From Dehalococcoidia bacterium (GTDB lineage: Bacteria; Chloroflexota; Dehalococcoidia; Lucifugimonadales; VXLM01), in assembly GCA_963662435.1 (NCBI GenBank), contig OY759598.1:4005923-4069922 (forward strand): a stretch of DNA of 64,000 bases, read 5' to 3'. The notes beneath the pieces were generated by a model that was given only the letters and a program-made list of their open reading frames with translations, was not told the origin of the DNA and made no database searches. The position numbers and the translations under genes were made by a program. Shown in pieces: positions 48,720 through 59,343 of this stretch; position 1 is the stretch's first letter; every line of letters starts with the position of its first letter.

Positions 48720-50279
48720 ATGACCACACAAGACCGGACTGGCGATTCCAACCCTTCCGTTGGGTGGGTCGCGCTCGTTGGAGCGGGGCCGGGCGACCCT
48801 GAACTGCTGACGCTCAAAGGACGGCGCTATCTTGAATCGGCCGATGTGGTTGTGTACGACCGTCTCGTTGATCGTCGGCTGCTGGGGCACGCTCCGAGAG
48901 ACGCGGAATTGGTCGACGTGGGCAAGAAGCCGGGGGGACCACGAGACCGGCAGTCGGGGATAAACACCCTGCTCATTGACCGGGCGCGGAGTGGGAAGCG
49001 GGTGGTCCGGCTGAAGGGTGGCGATCCGTTCATATTCGGACGTGGCGGCGAAGAGGTCGCGGCGCTTGCGGAGGCGGGCATCCCGTTCGAGGTGGTTCCG
49101 GGGATAACGTCGGCAATTGGCGCACCGGCCTATGCCGGCATTCCATTGACGCACCGCGGTGTATCGTCGTCTCTCACCATCGTCACCGGCAGCGAATCGC
49201 CGGACAAGGCGGAAGCGTCGGTGGACTGGGAATTGCTTGCTCAGTCGGAGGGTACGCTGAGCCTGCTGATGAGTTGGGAGAACCTGCTGACGATTGCGGA
49301 GGCGCTGATTAGCGGGGGAAGGGATGAGGACACACCTGCTGCAGTCATCCAGTGGGGCACTTGGCAGAACCAGAAGACGGTCGTCGGGGCGCTGGGAAGT
49401 GTCGCTGAAGAAGCGAAACGAGCGGGGCTGAGCAATCCGGTCGTAGTTATTGTTGGAGAGGTCGTCAAGCTGCGGGAGGTATCGCGCTGGTTCGACAACC
49501 GACCACTGTTCGGAAAGAGGGTGCTCGTGACCCGGTCCCGAACGCAGTCGGGCGATCTGGTCGAGCTATTGGAAAGGTCGGGAGCCGAACCTGTGGAGGT
49601 GCCGACGATAGAGATCCAGCCCGTTGTGATCACCAGCGATGACGAAGAGGTGTTGGCGCATATCGCCAAATATGACTGGGTGGTGTTTACGAGTACGAAC
49701 ACAGTTGAACAGCTCTTTGGGCGCCTGGATGCAATGGGACTCGATGCCCGGCATTTTCACGGCTCGCGGATGGCGGCGATTGGAACGGCCACGGCGACCG
49801 CGCTGCGCGAGCGTGGGATAACCGCCGACCTCGTCTCTCGTGAGTCGGTGTCTCAGTCGCTGATCGACGATCTGGGCGACCGGGGAGTCACGGGACTGAA
49901 TATCCTGCTTCCCGGAGCCGAGGTCCGTCCCGGGCGGCTGAGGCGAGGTCTCGAAGGGTTGGGGGCGGTTGTCCGGGAGGCGACGTTGTACAGGACTGTC
50001 ATGCCGTCGGGTGTGGGAGGCAGACTAACGGACGCCTTGGATGCCGGAGTAGATGTCGTGACGTTTACCAGCTCGTCGACGGTGACCAACTTCGTGGCGC
50101 TGCTGCAGGGTGACGTGGCACGGTTGGGTAATGCGAACATCGCCTGTATTGGGCCTATTACCGCGGAGACGGCACGGAAGACGGGGCTGAGTGTCGACAT
50201 CGTTGCCGAAGACTCGACGGCTGGTGGACTCGTGAACGCGATAGTTGCACACTATATGCCGGAGGGGTCAGGACGATGA
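48720..50279 (+). CDS. cobA-hemD: Uroporphyrinogen-III C-methyltransferase / uroporphyrinogen-III synthase fusion
   Basis: [21 protein letters not shown]; then VLVTR, VFTS, FTSSST, IGPITA. Confidence 0.93.
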   Translation: MTTQDRTGDSNPSVGWVALVGAGPGDPELLTLKGRRYLESADVVVYDRLVDRRLLGHAPRDAELVDVGKKPGGPRDRQSGINTLLIDRARSGKRVVRLKGGDPFIFGRGGEEVAALAEAGIPFEVVPGITSAIGAPAYAGIPLTHRGVSSSLTIVTGSESPDKAEASVDWELLAQSEGTLSLLMSWENLLTIAEALISGGRDEDTPAAVIQWGTWQNQKTVVGALGSVAEEAKRAGLSNPVVVIVGEVVKLREVSRWFDNRPLFGKRVLVTRSRTQSGDLVELLERSGAEPVEVPTIEIQPVVITSDDEEVLAHIAKYDWVVFTSTNTVEQLFGRLDAMGLDARHFHGSRMAAIGTATATALRERGITADLVSRESVSQSLIDDLGDRGVTGLNILLPGAEVRPGRLRRGLEGLGAVVREATLYRTVMPSGVGGRLTDALDAGVDVVTFTSSSTVTNFVALLQGDVARLGNANIACIGPITAETARKTGLSVDIVAEDSTAGGLVNAIVAHYMPEGSGR

Positions 50280-51262
50280 GCAGCTTTCCGGAAAACCGAA
50301 TGCGGCGCTTGAGGGCGACGCCTGCGCTACGCCGACTCGTGCGGGAGACGCGGCTGTCCGTGTCGGACCTGATCTATCCGGTCTTTGTCGCCGAGGATGG
50401 TGGGGCCCCTCGCGAGATCGAGCCGATGCCGGGAATATTACAGCATTCGCTCGACAGTCTTAGAGCGGAAGTGACGTCCGTTGCAGAACTGGGGATACCG
50501 GCCGTGCTGGTGTTCGGCATCCCGTCCGACAAGGACGAATCAGGTTCGCAGGGCTATGCGCCGAATGGCATCGTGCAGGAGGCGATACGGGCTATCAAGC
50601 AGGCGCAGCCGGAACTCGCGGTGATCGGGGACGTGTGCATGTGTGAGTACACGTCGCACGGGCACTGCGGTCTCTTGACGGAAGACGGCTCCGTGTACAA
50701 CGACCGGACACTGGAGCTATTGGCCGAGACGGCGGTCTCGCAGGCCGACGCGGGAGCGGACATCGTCGCGCCTTCCGCCATGATGGACGGGCAGGTCGGG
50801 GCCATCCGCGATGCGCTTGACGACACCGATTACGAGGATGTGCCGATCATGGCGTACTCGGCGAAGTACGCCTCGTCGTTCTATGGCCCGTTCAGGACGG
50901 CGGCGGAGTCCGCACCACAGATGGGAGATCGCAGGGGATACCAGATGGACCCGGCGAACGTGGACGAGGCGATGCGGGAGATCGAGCAGGACATCTTCGA
51001 GGGCGCGGACATCGTGATGGTGAAGCCCGCGCTGGCCTATCTCGACGTTATAGCGAAGGCAAAGCAGCGGTTCGACACTCCGCTTGCCGCCTACAACGTC
51101 AGCGGCGAATACTCCATGGTAAAGGCCGCCGCGGCCAACGGCTGGATCGATGAGCGGCGAATCGTCATGGAGACCCTGACAGGGATTAAGCGGGCGGGCG
51201 CGGACATGATAATCAGCTATCACGCCAAGGACGTTGCGGGGTGGCTGGCCGAGGAGTGCTAG
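50276..51262 (+). CDS. hemB: Porphobilinogen synthase
   Basis: [42 protein letters not shown]. Confidence 0.96.
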   Translation: MSSFPENRMRRLRATPALRRLVRETRLSVSDLIYPVFVAEDGGAPREIEPMPGILQHSLDSLRAEVTSVAELGIPAVLVFGIPSDKDESGSQGYAPNGIVQEAIRAIKQAQPELAVIGDVCMCEYTSHGHCGLLTEDGSVYNDRTLELLAETAVSQADAGADIVAPSAMMDGQVGAIRDALDDTDYEDVPIMAYSAKYASSFYGPFRTAAESAPQMGDRRGYQMDPANVDEAMREIEQDIFEGADIVMVKPALAYLDVIAKAKQRFDTPLAAYNVSGEYSMVKAAAANGWIDERRIVMETLTGIKRAGADMIISYHAKDVAGWLAEEC

Positions 51263-51762
51263 TCCACCGACCGAAGTCCGACGACCTTCGTGGCAGGGTG
51301 TGACCTGTAGGCAGGGGCGCTGACGAGCCGCAACCTGTGCAAGGGCCAGAACCGAAACCGGACTGTGCCTACGATGTCGTCCAGTCTTGACGGGCCAAGT
51401 TGACGGCTGTCTGTGCTGTGGGCGCGGTTGTCGCCCAGCAGGAAGAACTCGCCGTTCTCAAGATTCCAAGTGTGGTCCTCCAGCCCGATTGCGGCGGGGA
51501 AGCCTCCGAGATAGTCCTCGGCGAGGGGAAGGTCGTTCAACAGGAGTACGCCTTCCGACTGTCGGATTTCCTCGCGGGGAAAGCCGATCAGGCGCTTCAG
51601 ATGTCGGCGGTCGCCGTCTGAACCGTCACGAACCACGACCACGTCGCCCCTTGCAAAGCTGAAGGACCGGCCTTTGACAGGGCTCACGAGCAGCCGGTCG
51701 CCCGGCGAAAATGACGGGGTCATACTGTGGCCGCGGACGACGTACAGCTCGACGTCCCACAT
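51259..51762 (-). CDS. lepB: Signal peptidase I
   Basis: GHSMTP, LKRLIG, GDNR..STDSR. Confidence 0.85.
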   Translation of the reverse strand: MWDVELYVVRGHSMTPSFSPGDRLLVSPVKGRSFSFARGDVVVVRDGSDGDRRHLKRLIGFPREEIRQSEGVLLLNDLPLAEDYLGGFPAAIGLEDHTWNLENGEFFLLGDNRAHSTDSRQLGPSRLDDIVGTVRFRFWPLHRLRLVSAPAYRSHPATKVVGLRSVD

Positions 51763-51845
51763 AGGTCGAGCCTCCCTGAATGTTCTATAGGGATCCCTGG
51801 GCGTGCCAGGACGCTTGAGGATAAATAGCGGGGTGGGAGCTTGAG

Positions 51846-51921
51846 TGGTCGGGGTGACTGGACTTGAACCAGCGACCTCGTCGTCCCGAACGACGCGCGC
51901 TACCAACTGCGCCACACCCCG
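51846..51921 (-). tRNA. tRNA-Pro(CGG)
   Basis: Cloverleaf CGGGGTG...anticodon arm CGTCG-TTCGGGA-CGACG...GTTCAAGTC...CACCCCGACCA. Confidence 0.96.
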
Positions 51922-52069
51922 ACTGTGAGGATTGTAGCGATGATGGCCCACTCTTACAAGGTTATGGGGTCTCTCAATTTCAGAAAGCCAGAACATTGGA
52001 CTCCTATGTATTGACCGCTTCCCTGCGCGGGAGTAGGCTAGACCCGTATCCCAGTCACCTCGGGACTTA

Positions 52070-53368
52070 ATGAGCATCCGAACGGAACCTGAACCTCAGC
52101 CGGCCGTTGAACTGCCCCCCGTTCCCGCCCGGCGAGGCCTGATTCAGCGCGTCGCCGACCGGTTCCCGGCAGTCGAATCGTATGCTTACCCGGACTTTCG
52201 CTGGCTGTGGCTGGGCGCTCTAACCTCGTACCTCGGCATGAACATGCAGTGGATCACGAGAAGCTGGCTGGTGATAGAGCTGGCCGACGCCTCTCCCCTG
52301 GCGCTCGCATCAGTGATCGTGACGTTCGCGCTGCCCATGACCGTCATCTCGCCCATCGGGGGAGCGCTGGCAGACCGCTTCTCGCGCAGAAAGATGATGC
52401 TCTACACGCAGGCGGGCAACGCCATCCTGACGCTTGCCGTCGGAGTATTGGACTTCGCCGGAGTGATCGAGCTTTGGCACGTCATCGTTTCCGGGCTGAT
52501 CAACGGCTCGCTGATGGCGTTCAACATGCCCAGTCGCCAGGCGATGGTGTCGGACATCATTCCGCAGAGCAAGCTGATGAACGGCATGTCGCTCATGAGC
52601 TCGGCCATGAACGTCACGCGCATCATTGGACCTGCCATCGCAGGTGTGCTGATTATCTTCGTGGGTACCGAGGGTGTCTTCTTCCTCATATCTGCCGTCT
52701 ACCTGACCGCATTCCTGGCGATCCTCCCCATCAAGGTTGGAAATGAGGGCAAGGAGCGCTCCGGCAAGAGCATGTACGGGGATATCATCGCCGGGCTGGC
52801 GTACGCCAGAAGCGCTTCGCCCCTGTTCGGTCTGATCATCATGTCTTTCATTCCCATTCTATTCGGCATGTCGCTGTACGCGCTTATGCCCGCATGGGCT
52901 TGGGAGTCATTGCAAGTCGGTTCCGACAACCTCGGCGGCCTCTATGCCGTCATGGGTGTCGGCGCGCTGATGGGGTCCTTGGGGCTCGCCAGCATACCCC
53001 GATTCAACAGGCGTGGGATGCTGCTGTTGGGAAGCTGCGTCATTTGGGGGATCCTGCTCGCGACGGTCGCGAAGATGGAGTCCTACGCGGTGGTCATGCC
53101 TCTGTTGCTCGTCATGGGCCTCGTGAGCTCGATGTTCATGTCGCTCATCATGACGCTCGTGCAGACGTACACGAGCGCCGAAATGCGCGGAAGGATGATG
53201 AGCATCGTGATGATGACGTTCGGGGCGATGCCGTTGAGCGCGCTGCCGCTGGGGGCGCTGGCCGAGCGAATCGGCAGCGGGAACGCGCTGTTCGCGAGTG
53301 GAGTGATGCTTGCCGTGTTTACGGTGGTGTTTGCGTTCGTGTACCCGGCGTTCCTGAAGATCAAGTAA
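52070..53368 (+). CDS. MFS transporter (DHA3/EntS-like)
   Basis: DFRWLW, GGALADRFSRRK, MRGR; about 12 TM segments. Confidence 0.9.
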   Translation: MSIRTEPEPQPAVELPPVPARRGLIQRVADRFPAVESYAYPDFRWLWLGALTSYLGMNMQWITRSWLVIELADASPLALASVIVTFALPMTVISPIGGALADRFSRRKMMLYTQAGNAILTLAVGVLDFAGVIELWHVIVSGLINGSLMAFNMPSRQAMVSDIIPQSKLMNGMSLMSSAMNVTRIIGPAIAGVLIIFVGTEGVFFLISAVYLTAFLAILPIKVGNEGKERSGKSMYGDIIAGLAYARSASPLFGLIIMSFIPILFGMSLYALMPAWAWESLQVGSDNLGGLYAVMGVGALMGSLGLASIPRFNRRGMLLLGSCVIWGILLATVAKMESYAVVMPLLLVMGLVSSMFMSLIMTLVQTYTSAEMRGRMMSIVMMTFGAMPLSALPLGALAERIGSGNALFASGVMLAVFTVVFAFVYPAFLKIK

Positions 53369-53387
53369 TTGCTAGGGTTTGCCAGCA

Positions 53388-53667
53388 AAGTCCGTTCGTG
53401 GTGAGCTTGTCGAACCATGAGGACCATTCAACCCTTCGACAGGCTCAGGGCGAACGGAATGCCCTTAGAAGGTCGGTCAACCAGTCAAGTCCGTTCGTGG
53501 TGAGCTTGTCGAACCAGGAGGACCATTCAACCCTTCGACAGGCTCAGGGCGAACGGAATGCCCTTAGAAGGTCGGTCAACCAGTCAAGTCCGTTCGTGGT
53601 GAACTTGTCGAACCATGAGGACCGTTCAAACCTTCGACAGGCTCAGGGCGAACGGAATGCCCTTAGA
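53388..53667. repeat. Three tandem 99-bp units, each a pair of inverted family-A REPs (BIME-like)
   Basis: Units at 53391, 53490 and 53589; CCGTTCGTGGTGAGCTTGTCGAA pairs with TTCGACAGGCTCAGGGCGAACGG. Confidence 0.9.
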
Positions 53668-53675
53668 CGCACGCC

Positions 53676-54791
53676 CTACCCCATGGTATCGGGGCGCTGT
53701 GGACTGCGGATCGGCTCGCGCCAGGGGTAGATGCCGCCCTCGTAGGACCCGGTACCCAGCTTGAAGTGCTTGGCCTGATCGAGCGTTTCCACGAAGGGCA
53801 TGTTGGGATCGAACCACGTCTCGGAAGACATTGGGCGAGGCCCCGCTTTCGAGACAGCGCCGAAGGTCGGGCGGCCGATGATCTCCTCCAGCAGCCACGC
53901 GCAGTCGATGAGCTTGGAGACGTCGACGCCCGTCTCGATGCCCATGCCCTCCAGCATGTGGAAGAGGTCCTCCGTCGCCATCATGCCGGTCGCACGTCCG
54001 GTGCCGCAGTAGGGGCAGCCGCCTATGCCACCGATGGTGCCGTCGAGGACGAGGGTATCGTCGGGGGTGAGGGCCCTCATGGCGGCGTAGGCAGAAGGAA
54101 GGGCCATTCCCCGCGCGTTGTGCAGGTGGAGGTAGTATCGATGGATGTGCGGCCACCTCTCCTTGACGGCGAGCAGCTGCTCCTCGACACGATGGGGGAG
54201 GCACCACGCCATGGGGTCGAGGAATCCGGCGCTCGTGACGGGTATGTCAGCCTCGTCCCAGGCTTGGTGAGCATGTTCGAGGATGTCCATGCGCTGGGCC
54301 AGCGAGAACTCGCCGACGAAGTTGGAGCCCCAAGCCGCCGCGACTCGTATCTCCGCCTCGGTCACTCCGCGCCACTGAGCGTCCTCGACGATGGCGGGCC
54401 AGCTTGCGAACTCCTCCTCCTGCGAGCGGTTGAAGTTGCGCCGAGTGAACACGTCGCAGAGGTGGGCGTTCAGGAAGGGCCGGTCATCCTCGATGGTGAG
54501 AGGTGGGACGAACGGCAGGGCACGCTCGTAAGACTTCTGATTCACGAGGAGGGCGGTATAGATGACGTTCGGGTTCGGCGTGAACCGCTCCAACACCTCT
54601 TCGATCCTGGCCATCTGGGGCGTGTATCGAGGGCTGACGAACGAGCCGACGACGATCCGGGGCAGTCCGGTCTCACCGAGGGCGTCCAGGAGGCGGACCT
54701 TATCGTCGACCGAGATATCGGCGGACTCGATCTGCATCCCCTCGCGCATCGTCTCATCGCGGTATTCGATTGTGGGCCAACGGTGGGGCAT
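53676..54791 (-). CDS. HMG-CoA lyase-like (DRE-TIM) protein
   Basis: MREGMQ, SFVSP..PQMA, HLHNARG, GGIGGCPY, ATED. Confidence 0.85.
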   Translation of the reverse strand: MPHRWPTIEYRDETMREGMQIESADISVDDKVRLLDALGETGLPRIVVGSFVSPRYTPQMARIEEVLERFTPNPNVIYTALLVNQKSYERALPFVPPLTIEDDRPFLNAHLCDVFTRRNFNRSQEEEFASWPAIVEDAQWRGVTEAEIRVAAAWGSNFVGEFSLAQRMDILEHAHQAWDEADIPVTSAGFLDPMAWCLPHRVEEQLLAVKERWPHIHRYYLHLHNARGMALPSAYAAMRALTPDDTLVLDGTIGGIGGCPYCGTGRATGMMATEDLFHMLEGMGIETGVDVSKLIDCAWLLEEIIGRPTFGAVSKAGPRPMSSETWFDPNMPFVETLDQAKHFKLGTGSYEGGIYPWREPIRSPQRPDTMG

Positions 54792-55005
54792 GGGTTGTGT
54801 TCTGTCGGCGTGTGGAAGTGGTTTGGGGGACAGTATAGGGGAATGAGGGGCGGGGTGGGAGATGCGTATGCTACACCGAATTCGAGAACCAGCCACGGGG
54901 CAACGACGGAACCGCAAGCCCGTCCTTCACACCACTATGATTGTCATTGATTGCCGTTACGGCTAGTCTGGTATCTATTCAGAACGACAGCCATTGGGGG
55001 TTGCC

Positions 55006-55269
55006 ATGAACAAGAAGTGGCCTGTTCAAGATGCCAAATCGAGGTTCAGCGAGCTCCTCGAAACCCCTCTTGCCGAAGGGCCGCAGTTCGTGACCAAGTG
55101 TGGGGTGGCAACCGCAGTGCTTATTCCCATCGAGCAATGGCGAAGGCTTGAAAAAGTAGCTAGTAGGCCGGATCTGAAAGAACTCCTCCTCGCATCGGAG
55201 GCACGGACTGAGCACTTCGCGCCTCCACGGCACCAATATCGGCGCCGTTCACACTTAAACGTGGAGTAG
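55006..55269 (+). CDS. Phd/YefM family antitoxin
   Basis: WPVQDAKSRFSELL..GPQFVTK.G..AVL. Confidence 0.85.
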   Translation: MNKKWPVQDAKSRFSELLETPLAEGPQFVTKCGVATAVLIPIEQWRRLEKVASRPDLKELLLASEARTEHFAPPRHQYRRRSHLNVE

Positions 55270-55273
55270 ACTC

Positions 55274-55330
55274 AAGTACATCCTCGAAACCAACATGGTC
55301 TCGGAGTTGTGTCGTTCAGGACATGACCCT
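55274..55330 (+). pseudogene. Remnant of a VapC/PIN toxin N-terminus
   Basis: KYILETNMVSELCR resembles YLLDTNVVSELR; no start codon, and similarity is lost downstream. Confidence 0.55.
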
Positions 55331-55524
55331 GCCCTACCCCGACTCGCCAAGGCCACTCGGCGGGTCCCAATTGGAAGTGGCTCAGCCATGGTTGCGTTCA
55401 CCAAAGCTGCAGCGTCAAGCTTTGATCACGAACGCCAGTGCGGGGCTCCCAAGTACGGGATGATGTGCGGATGCTTCCCGGCTGTGGTTGACGGCCCTTT
55501 GGTATAATTGCTTGTTACCAGGTA

Positions 55525-55797
55525 TTGTCGAGGAGTCTTGTCCTGAACATTACGCTGAGGCTGTTTGCCAGCTATCGTGAGCGAGTGGGACAGAGCGCGC
55601 TCGAACTCACGATGCCAGAGGGGGCGACAGCCGGTTCGGTTGCCCGCTGGGTCGTCGACCGGTACCCAGGCATCGTGGGAGGCGCGTCGGCGCTGGTGGT
55701 CGCCGTCAACGAGGAGTACCAGGACCACAGCTTCGAGCTTGCGGACGGCGACGAGGTCGCGCTGATTCCGCCGGTCAGCGGAGGCGCGCATGTTTGA
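55525..55797 (+). CDS. moaD: Molybdopterin synthase sulfur carrier
   Basis: LFASYRE, VAVNEEY, DGDEVALIPPVSGG. Confidence 0.9.
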   Translation: MSRSLVLNITLRLFASYRERVGQSALELTMPEGATAGSVARWVVDRYPGIVGGASALVVAVNEEYQDHSFELADGDEVALIPPVSGGAHV

Positions 55798-56233
55798 GAT
55801 CACGTACGACGCTCTCGACCCTGAGGCCATCACCGACCGGGTGCGGTCAAGCACGGCCGGGGCGGTGATCACATTCCTCGGGACAACGCGGGACTCGACC
55901 GCCGACCGGGACGTCCTGTACCTCGAATACGAGGCGTACGAGCCGATGGCCGAGAAGAAGCTGGCCGAGGTAGCGCAGGAGATGATGGACAAGTGGCCGC
56001 TCACGGGAGTGGCGATTTCGCACCGTCTGGGGCGGCTGGAGATAACGGACATCAGCCTCGTCGTGGCAGTCTCCTCGCAACACCGTGGGCACGCCTTCGA
56101 GGCCACGCAGTACAGCGTCGACCGGCTCAAGCAGGTCGTGCCGATATGGAAGAAGGAGTTTTTCAAAGGCGGCGAGGTGTGGGTGGAGAGCCCGGAGGAC
56201 GTGGCGTTGCGCGAGCGAACGAGGAATGCGTGA
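55790..56233 (+). CDS. moaE: Molybdopterin synthase catalytic subunit
   Basis: YLEYEAY, HRLG, HR, LK..PIWKKE. Confidence 0.93.
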   Translation: MFEITYDALDPEAITDRVRSSTAGAVITFLGTTRDSTADRDVLYLEYEAYEPMAEKKLAEVAQEMMDKWPLTGVAISHRLGRLEITDISLVVAVSSQHRGHAFEATQYSVDRLKQVVPIWKKEFFKGGEVWVESPEDVALRERTRNA

Positions 56234-56266
56234 TGGATACGCAATAGAAGGAAGGAGTTTCTGAAA

Positions 56267-56917
56267 ATGAAAACCATTGAGAGAAAGATTCGTTGCAGCC
56301 TCCCACTCTGCGAGAGTTGTAGGCCTAAGGAATTTGCTCGGAAGGTCAGTGGGAGACTGGCCGAGGCCGGCATCGACTCTATGCACGAAGGCAAAGAGTC
56401 TGAAGTTGATAATGCCGTCTGGGACGAAATTGACGCCGCCACGGGAGTCAAGACCCGCGAGATCGTTCAGAGGATCATTCATGCGGCTGGCGAATACTGC
56501 TTCATGTATCCTAATCTCACAGTTGACCAACTTACCGTTGAAGACAGAGAGGCCGCTGAGCAGTCAGGAGCGGTAGTGACTGGAAATGAGGTCGATTGCT
56601 ATTTTGTGAGTTGGAAACTACCTCAGTGCGGCGTGTTTCCAGGTATTTACATTATGAAAATTGACAAGGTTCCGTGGAAACAACTTAAGCGCGATGCCTT
56701 CAAATGCGCCAAGGACAGAGGCACTCCCTCACCCAAGGGTGATGACTTGCGACATTGCATGAAGAATACGGCTAGGCAGCAGTACAGCAACTACTGTCAC
56801 TTCATCTCGTGGCATCAGGAGCGACAACCCTTCACAGACGATGGGGTGAAGTCCATTAAACGCGCGTACAACAAGGAAATAGAGCGTATCTATCCAAGAC
56901 TCAAGCTACGTAATTGA
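56267..56917 (+). CDS. Hypothetical protein
   Basis: 216-aa ORF with RBS AAGGAG; looks more AT-rich than neighbours; no recognised motif. Confidence 0.6.
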   Translation: MKTIERKIRCSLPLCESCRPKEFARKVSGRLAEAGIDSMHEGKESEVDNAVWDEIDAATGVKTREIVQRIIHAAGEYCFMYPNLTVDQLTVEDREAAEQSGAVVTGNEVDCYFVSWKLPQCGVFPGIYIMKIDKVPWKQLKRDAFKCAKDRGTPSPKGDDLRHCMKNTARQQYSNYCHFISWHQERQPFTDDGVKSIKRAYNKEIERIYPRLKLRN

Positions 56918-56957
56918 GAAACGCCTTCAATGGAACTGTTGACCCATGACCACCCCT

Positions 56958-56984
56958 CTGGATACCGGCCTTCGCCGGTATGAC
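56958..56984 (+). repeat. REP-like family D with compensatory stem change
   Basis: CTGGATACCGGCCTTCGCCGGTATGAC. Confidence 0.75.
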
Positions 56985-57120
56985 GGCTATTCGAGGGTGT
57001 CCCTCCGCAGGTATGATGGTGGCTATACACTTCTAGCATTCACACGAGGTTTGAACACTTACGGTGGTTCGTTCTCATTGCCGCAACTTGGAGTCTCTGC
57101 TATATTGGAGGTTCACTGAC

Positions 57121-57212
57121 GGAGGGATCGCATAGTGGCCTAGTGCGGGCGCCTGCTAAGCGCTTAGGGGGAGAAATCCCTCTCGTGGGTTCGAATCCCA
57201 CTCCCTCCGCCA
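57121..57212 (+). tRNA. tRNA-Ser(GCT); probable island attachment site
   Basis: GGAGGGA...GGCGC-CTGCTAA-GCGCT, long variable arm, GTTCGAATC...TCCCTCCGCCA. Confidence 0.96.
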
Positions 57213-57336
57213 CTCACTCTTCCCTCGTCGGCTTCATCCTTCCCAGATTGCCCCTACATCCGTAGTTGTTGAAGCACTGTTTAGTGCTCATGCTGAGTTT
57301 CATGTTCCTTTTGTATCCCGTCTGAAGTGTGGTAAT

Positions 57337-58551
57337 ATGCGTGGTAACATTTCAGCGTGGAGTGGACACTTGGCACTATCGGCGACACGGGTAAGGGCAC
57401 TCAAAGAACCGGGACGATACTCTGATGGTGGAGGCCTGCACCTATTCATCAGCAAGGCTGGGCGCAAGTCATGGGTGCATCGGATCACCATCGACGGGCG
57501 CCGACGGGACATCGGACTGGGCGGATTTCCTTCGGTAAGCCTGGCTCAAGCGCGGGAGAGGGCGGTTGCCAACCGGGCGGCCGTCGCTGAGGGGCGTGAT
57601 CCTCTGGCCGACAGGCGCAGGCCTGCGATGCCGACATTCAGGGAAGCCGCCCTTGCCGTCCATGAGGCGAACAGACCCCTTTGGCGTAACGTCAAGCACG
57701 CCTCGGGCTGGATAGGGAGTCTTGAGCGACACGCAATGCCGATACTGGGCGGCATGCCCATCGACCGGATAGGCCGCGCCGACGTGCTGCGAGTCCTTAC
57801 GCCGATATGGACGACCTACCCGGAGACCGCTCGAAGGGTACGTCAGCGGATGCGGACCGTTTTCCGCTGGGCAATGGCGCACGGCTTCACGGAGACCAAC
57901 CCGGCGGGTGAAGCGATCGACGGAGGGTTGCCCCGTATGCCGAAGGTGAGAGCGCATTTCCGGTCGCTACCCTATCAGGAAGTCGGGGCGGCGCTCGAAA
58001 CCGTCGAGGCGTCGCAAGCTTCGGTAGCAGCCAAGCTGTGTTTCCGCTTTCTGGTCCTGACGGCTGCGCGCTCCGGCGAGGCCAGGGGAGCAACGTGGGA
58101 AGAAGTCGACGTGGTGGGGCAAGTGTGGCGGATACCGTCCGAGCGAATGAAGGCAGGCGTTGAGCAACGGGTGCCTCTGAGCAGTCAGGCCGTTGAGGTG
58201 CTAGCCAAGGCGAGCGCCTTGCGGGATGAGTCCGGCTTGGTGTTCCCGTCACCGCTGAAGCCGGGCGTGCCGATGTCCGACATGACACTAACGAAGGTAC
58301 TCCGTTCAACCGGCCTGGCGGAGCGAGCGACCGTTCATGGGTTCCGCAGCAGCTTCAAGAACTGGACGCTGGAGCAAACGGAGACGTCTTGGGCCGTCTC
58401 GGAGGCGGCGCTTGCGCATACCCTGGGCAATTCGACCGAACAGGCCTATGCAAGGTCCGACCTGTTCGAGCGCCGCCGCGCATTGATGCAGTTGTGGGCG
58501 GACTATACAGCAGGCTGTTGGGAAACGGGAGACGACGACGCTTCGACCTAA
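57337..58551 (+). CDS. P4-like tyrosine integrase with Arm DNA-binding domain
   Basis: YSDGGGLHL, GLGGFPSVSLAQAR, TAARSGE, RMK, HGFRSSF, LAH, AYARSD. Confidence 0.93.
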   Translation: MRGNISAWSGHLALSATRVRALKEPGRYSDGGGLHLFISKAGRKSWVHRITIDGRRRDIGLGGFPSVSLAQARERAVANRAAVAEGRDPLADRRRPAMPTFREAALAVHEANRPLWRNVKHASGWIGSLERHAMPILGGMPIDRIGRADVLRVLTPIWTTYPETARRVRQRMRTVFRWAMAHGFTETNPAGEAIDGGLPRMPKVRAHFRSLPYQEVGAALETVEASQASVAAKLCFRFLVLTAARSGEARGATWEEVDVVGQVWRIPSERMKAGVEQRVPLSSQAVEVLAKASALRDESGLVFPSPLKPGVPMSDMTLTKVLRSTGLAERATVHGFRSSFKNWTLEQTETSWAVSEAALAHTLGNSTEQAYARSDLFERRRALMQLWADYTAGCWETGDDDAST

Positions 58552-58640
58552 GCCGGATGGTGGGTAGTGATCGGATTTGAAATTATCTTGCTTGCTCCCC
58601 CTTGTGAGAGGTTCAGTACAATACCTCACAGGAGAGCTTC

Positions 58641-58838
58641 ATGTGGCCTAAACGATTTATCATTCGACGCAGCGATCACTATGAACTCACGTCAGTAGGT
58701 ATTGATGGTACTACTAATGTTCATACGGATTACCCGTTGACAAACCCACCTCCACGCGGCGAGTTCTTCACGAGTGAAGGGAACTATCGTCGAGCAATTG
58801 AGGCGGCACAGGCGGAAGCGCCACGTCGAACACCTTAG
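58641..58838 (+). CDS. Small hypothetical protein (65 aa)
   Basis: RBS AGGAGAG and upstream TACAAT; no motif. Confidence 0.45.
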   Translation: MWPKRFIIRRSDHYELTSVGIDGTTNVHTDYPLTNPPPRGEFFTSEGNYRRAIEAAQAEAPRRTP

Positions 58839-59343
58839 GGTTCATTATCAAGGCAATGTCGATGCGACGGTTCGCAAGGCATGGGCGAGCGTCAATGCCT
58901 GTTCACGTGATAACCCCGTGACGGAACCACGACTACTTCGGTCATAAAACCCTGTGCTTAGTTCGATATATCAGTCCTTCGCTGCGACCCAGCCGTATTG
59001 CTTCCCACCCCCGACTTTATCAATCGGGATCTTCATGCCTTCGATGTTCATAACATTGCCTGCCTTTGAACATATCGGTTATCCAATCGAGACCAAAAAC
59101 TCAGGTATGCATGGGAAGTGGGACTTCAAGCCAATTGACTGGCCTGACTCGATAATAGGCAGTGCCGCCTGCCGCCCAACGATTGTGTGGAAGAGCCCTG
59201 TAAAACGCATCAGGGAGATGAGGAAACGAAGACTGTTCATTATGAAATTGGACGTGGCTACGCAGCAGCGGGTGACGATCCTATGACCTCGCGGACCATC
59301 GATTCAGAACTAGCAGACAGCCAAACGAGGCTAGCGGCCGCCC

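Noticed and set aside
51763..52077. N-terminal extension of signal peptidase I
   Set aside because: Runs through tRNA-Pro; spurious
53388..53667. 99-bp triplication as a CRISPR array
   Set aside because: Intervening sequences are near-identical and the motif is a dispersed REP-like family
58894..58902. Second mini-array target (AATGCCTGT)
   Set aside because: Only PAM plus 6 nt match, then a mismatch at seed position 7; plausible by chance
58954..59286. 110-aa ORF in the island
   Set aside because: No RBS or motif recognised; neither strand gave a convincing protein
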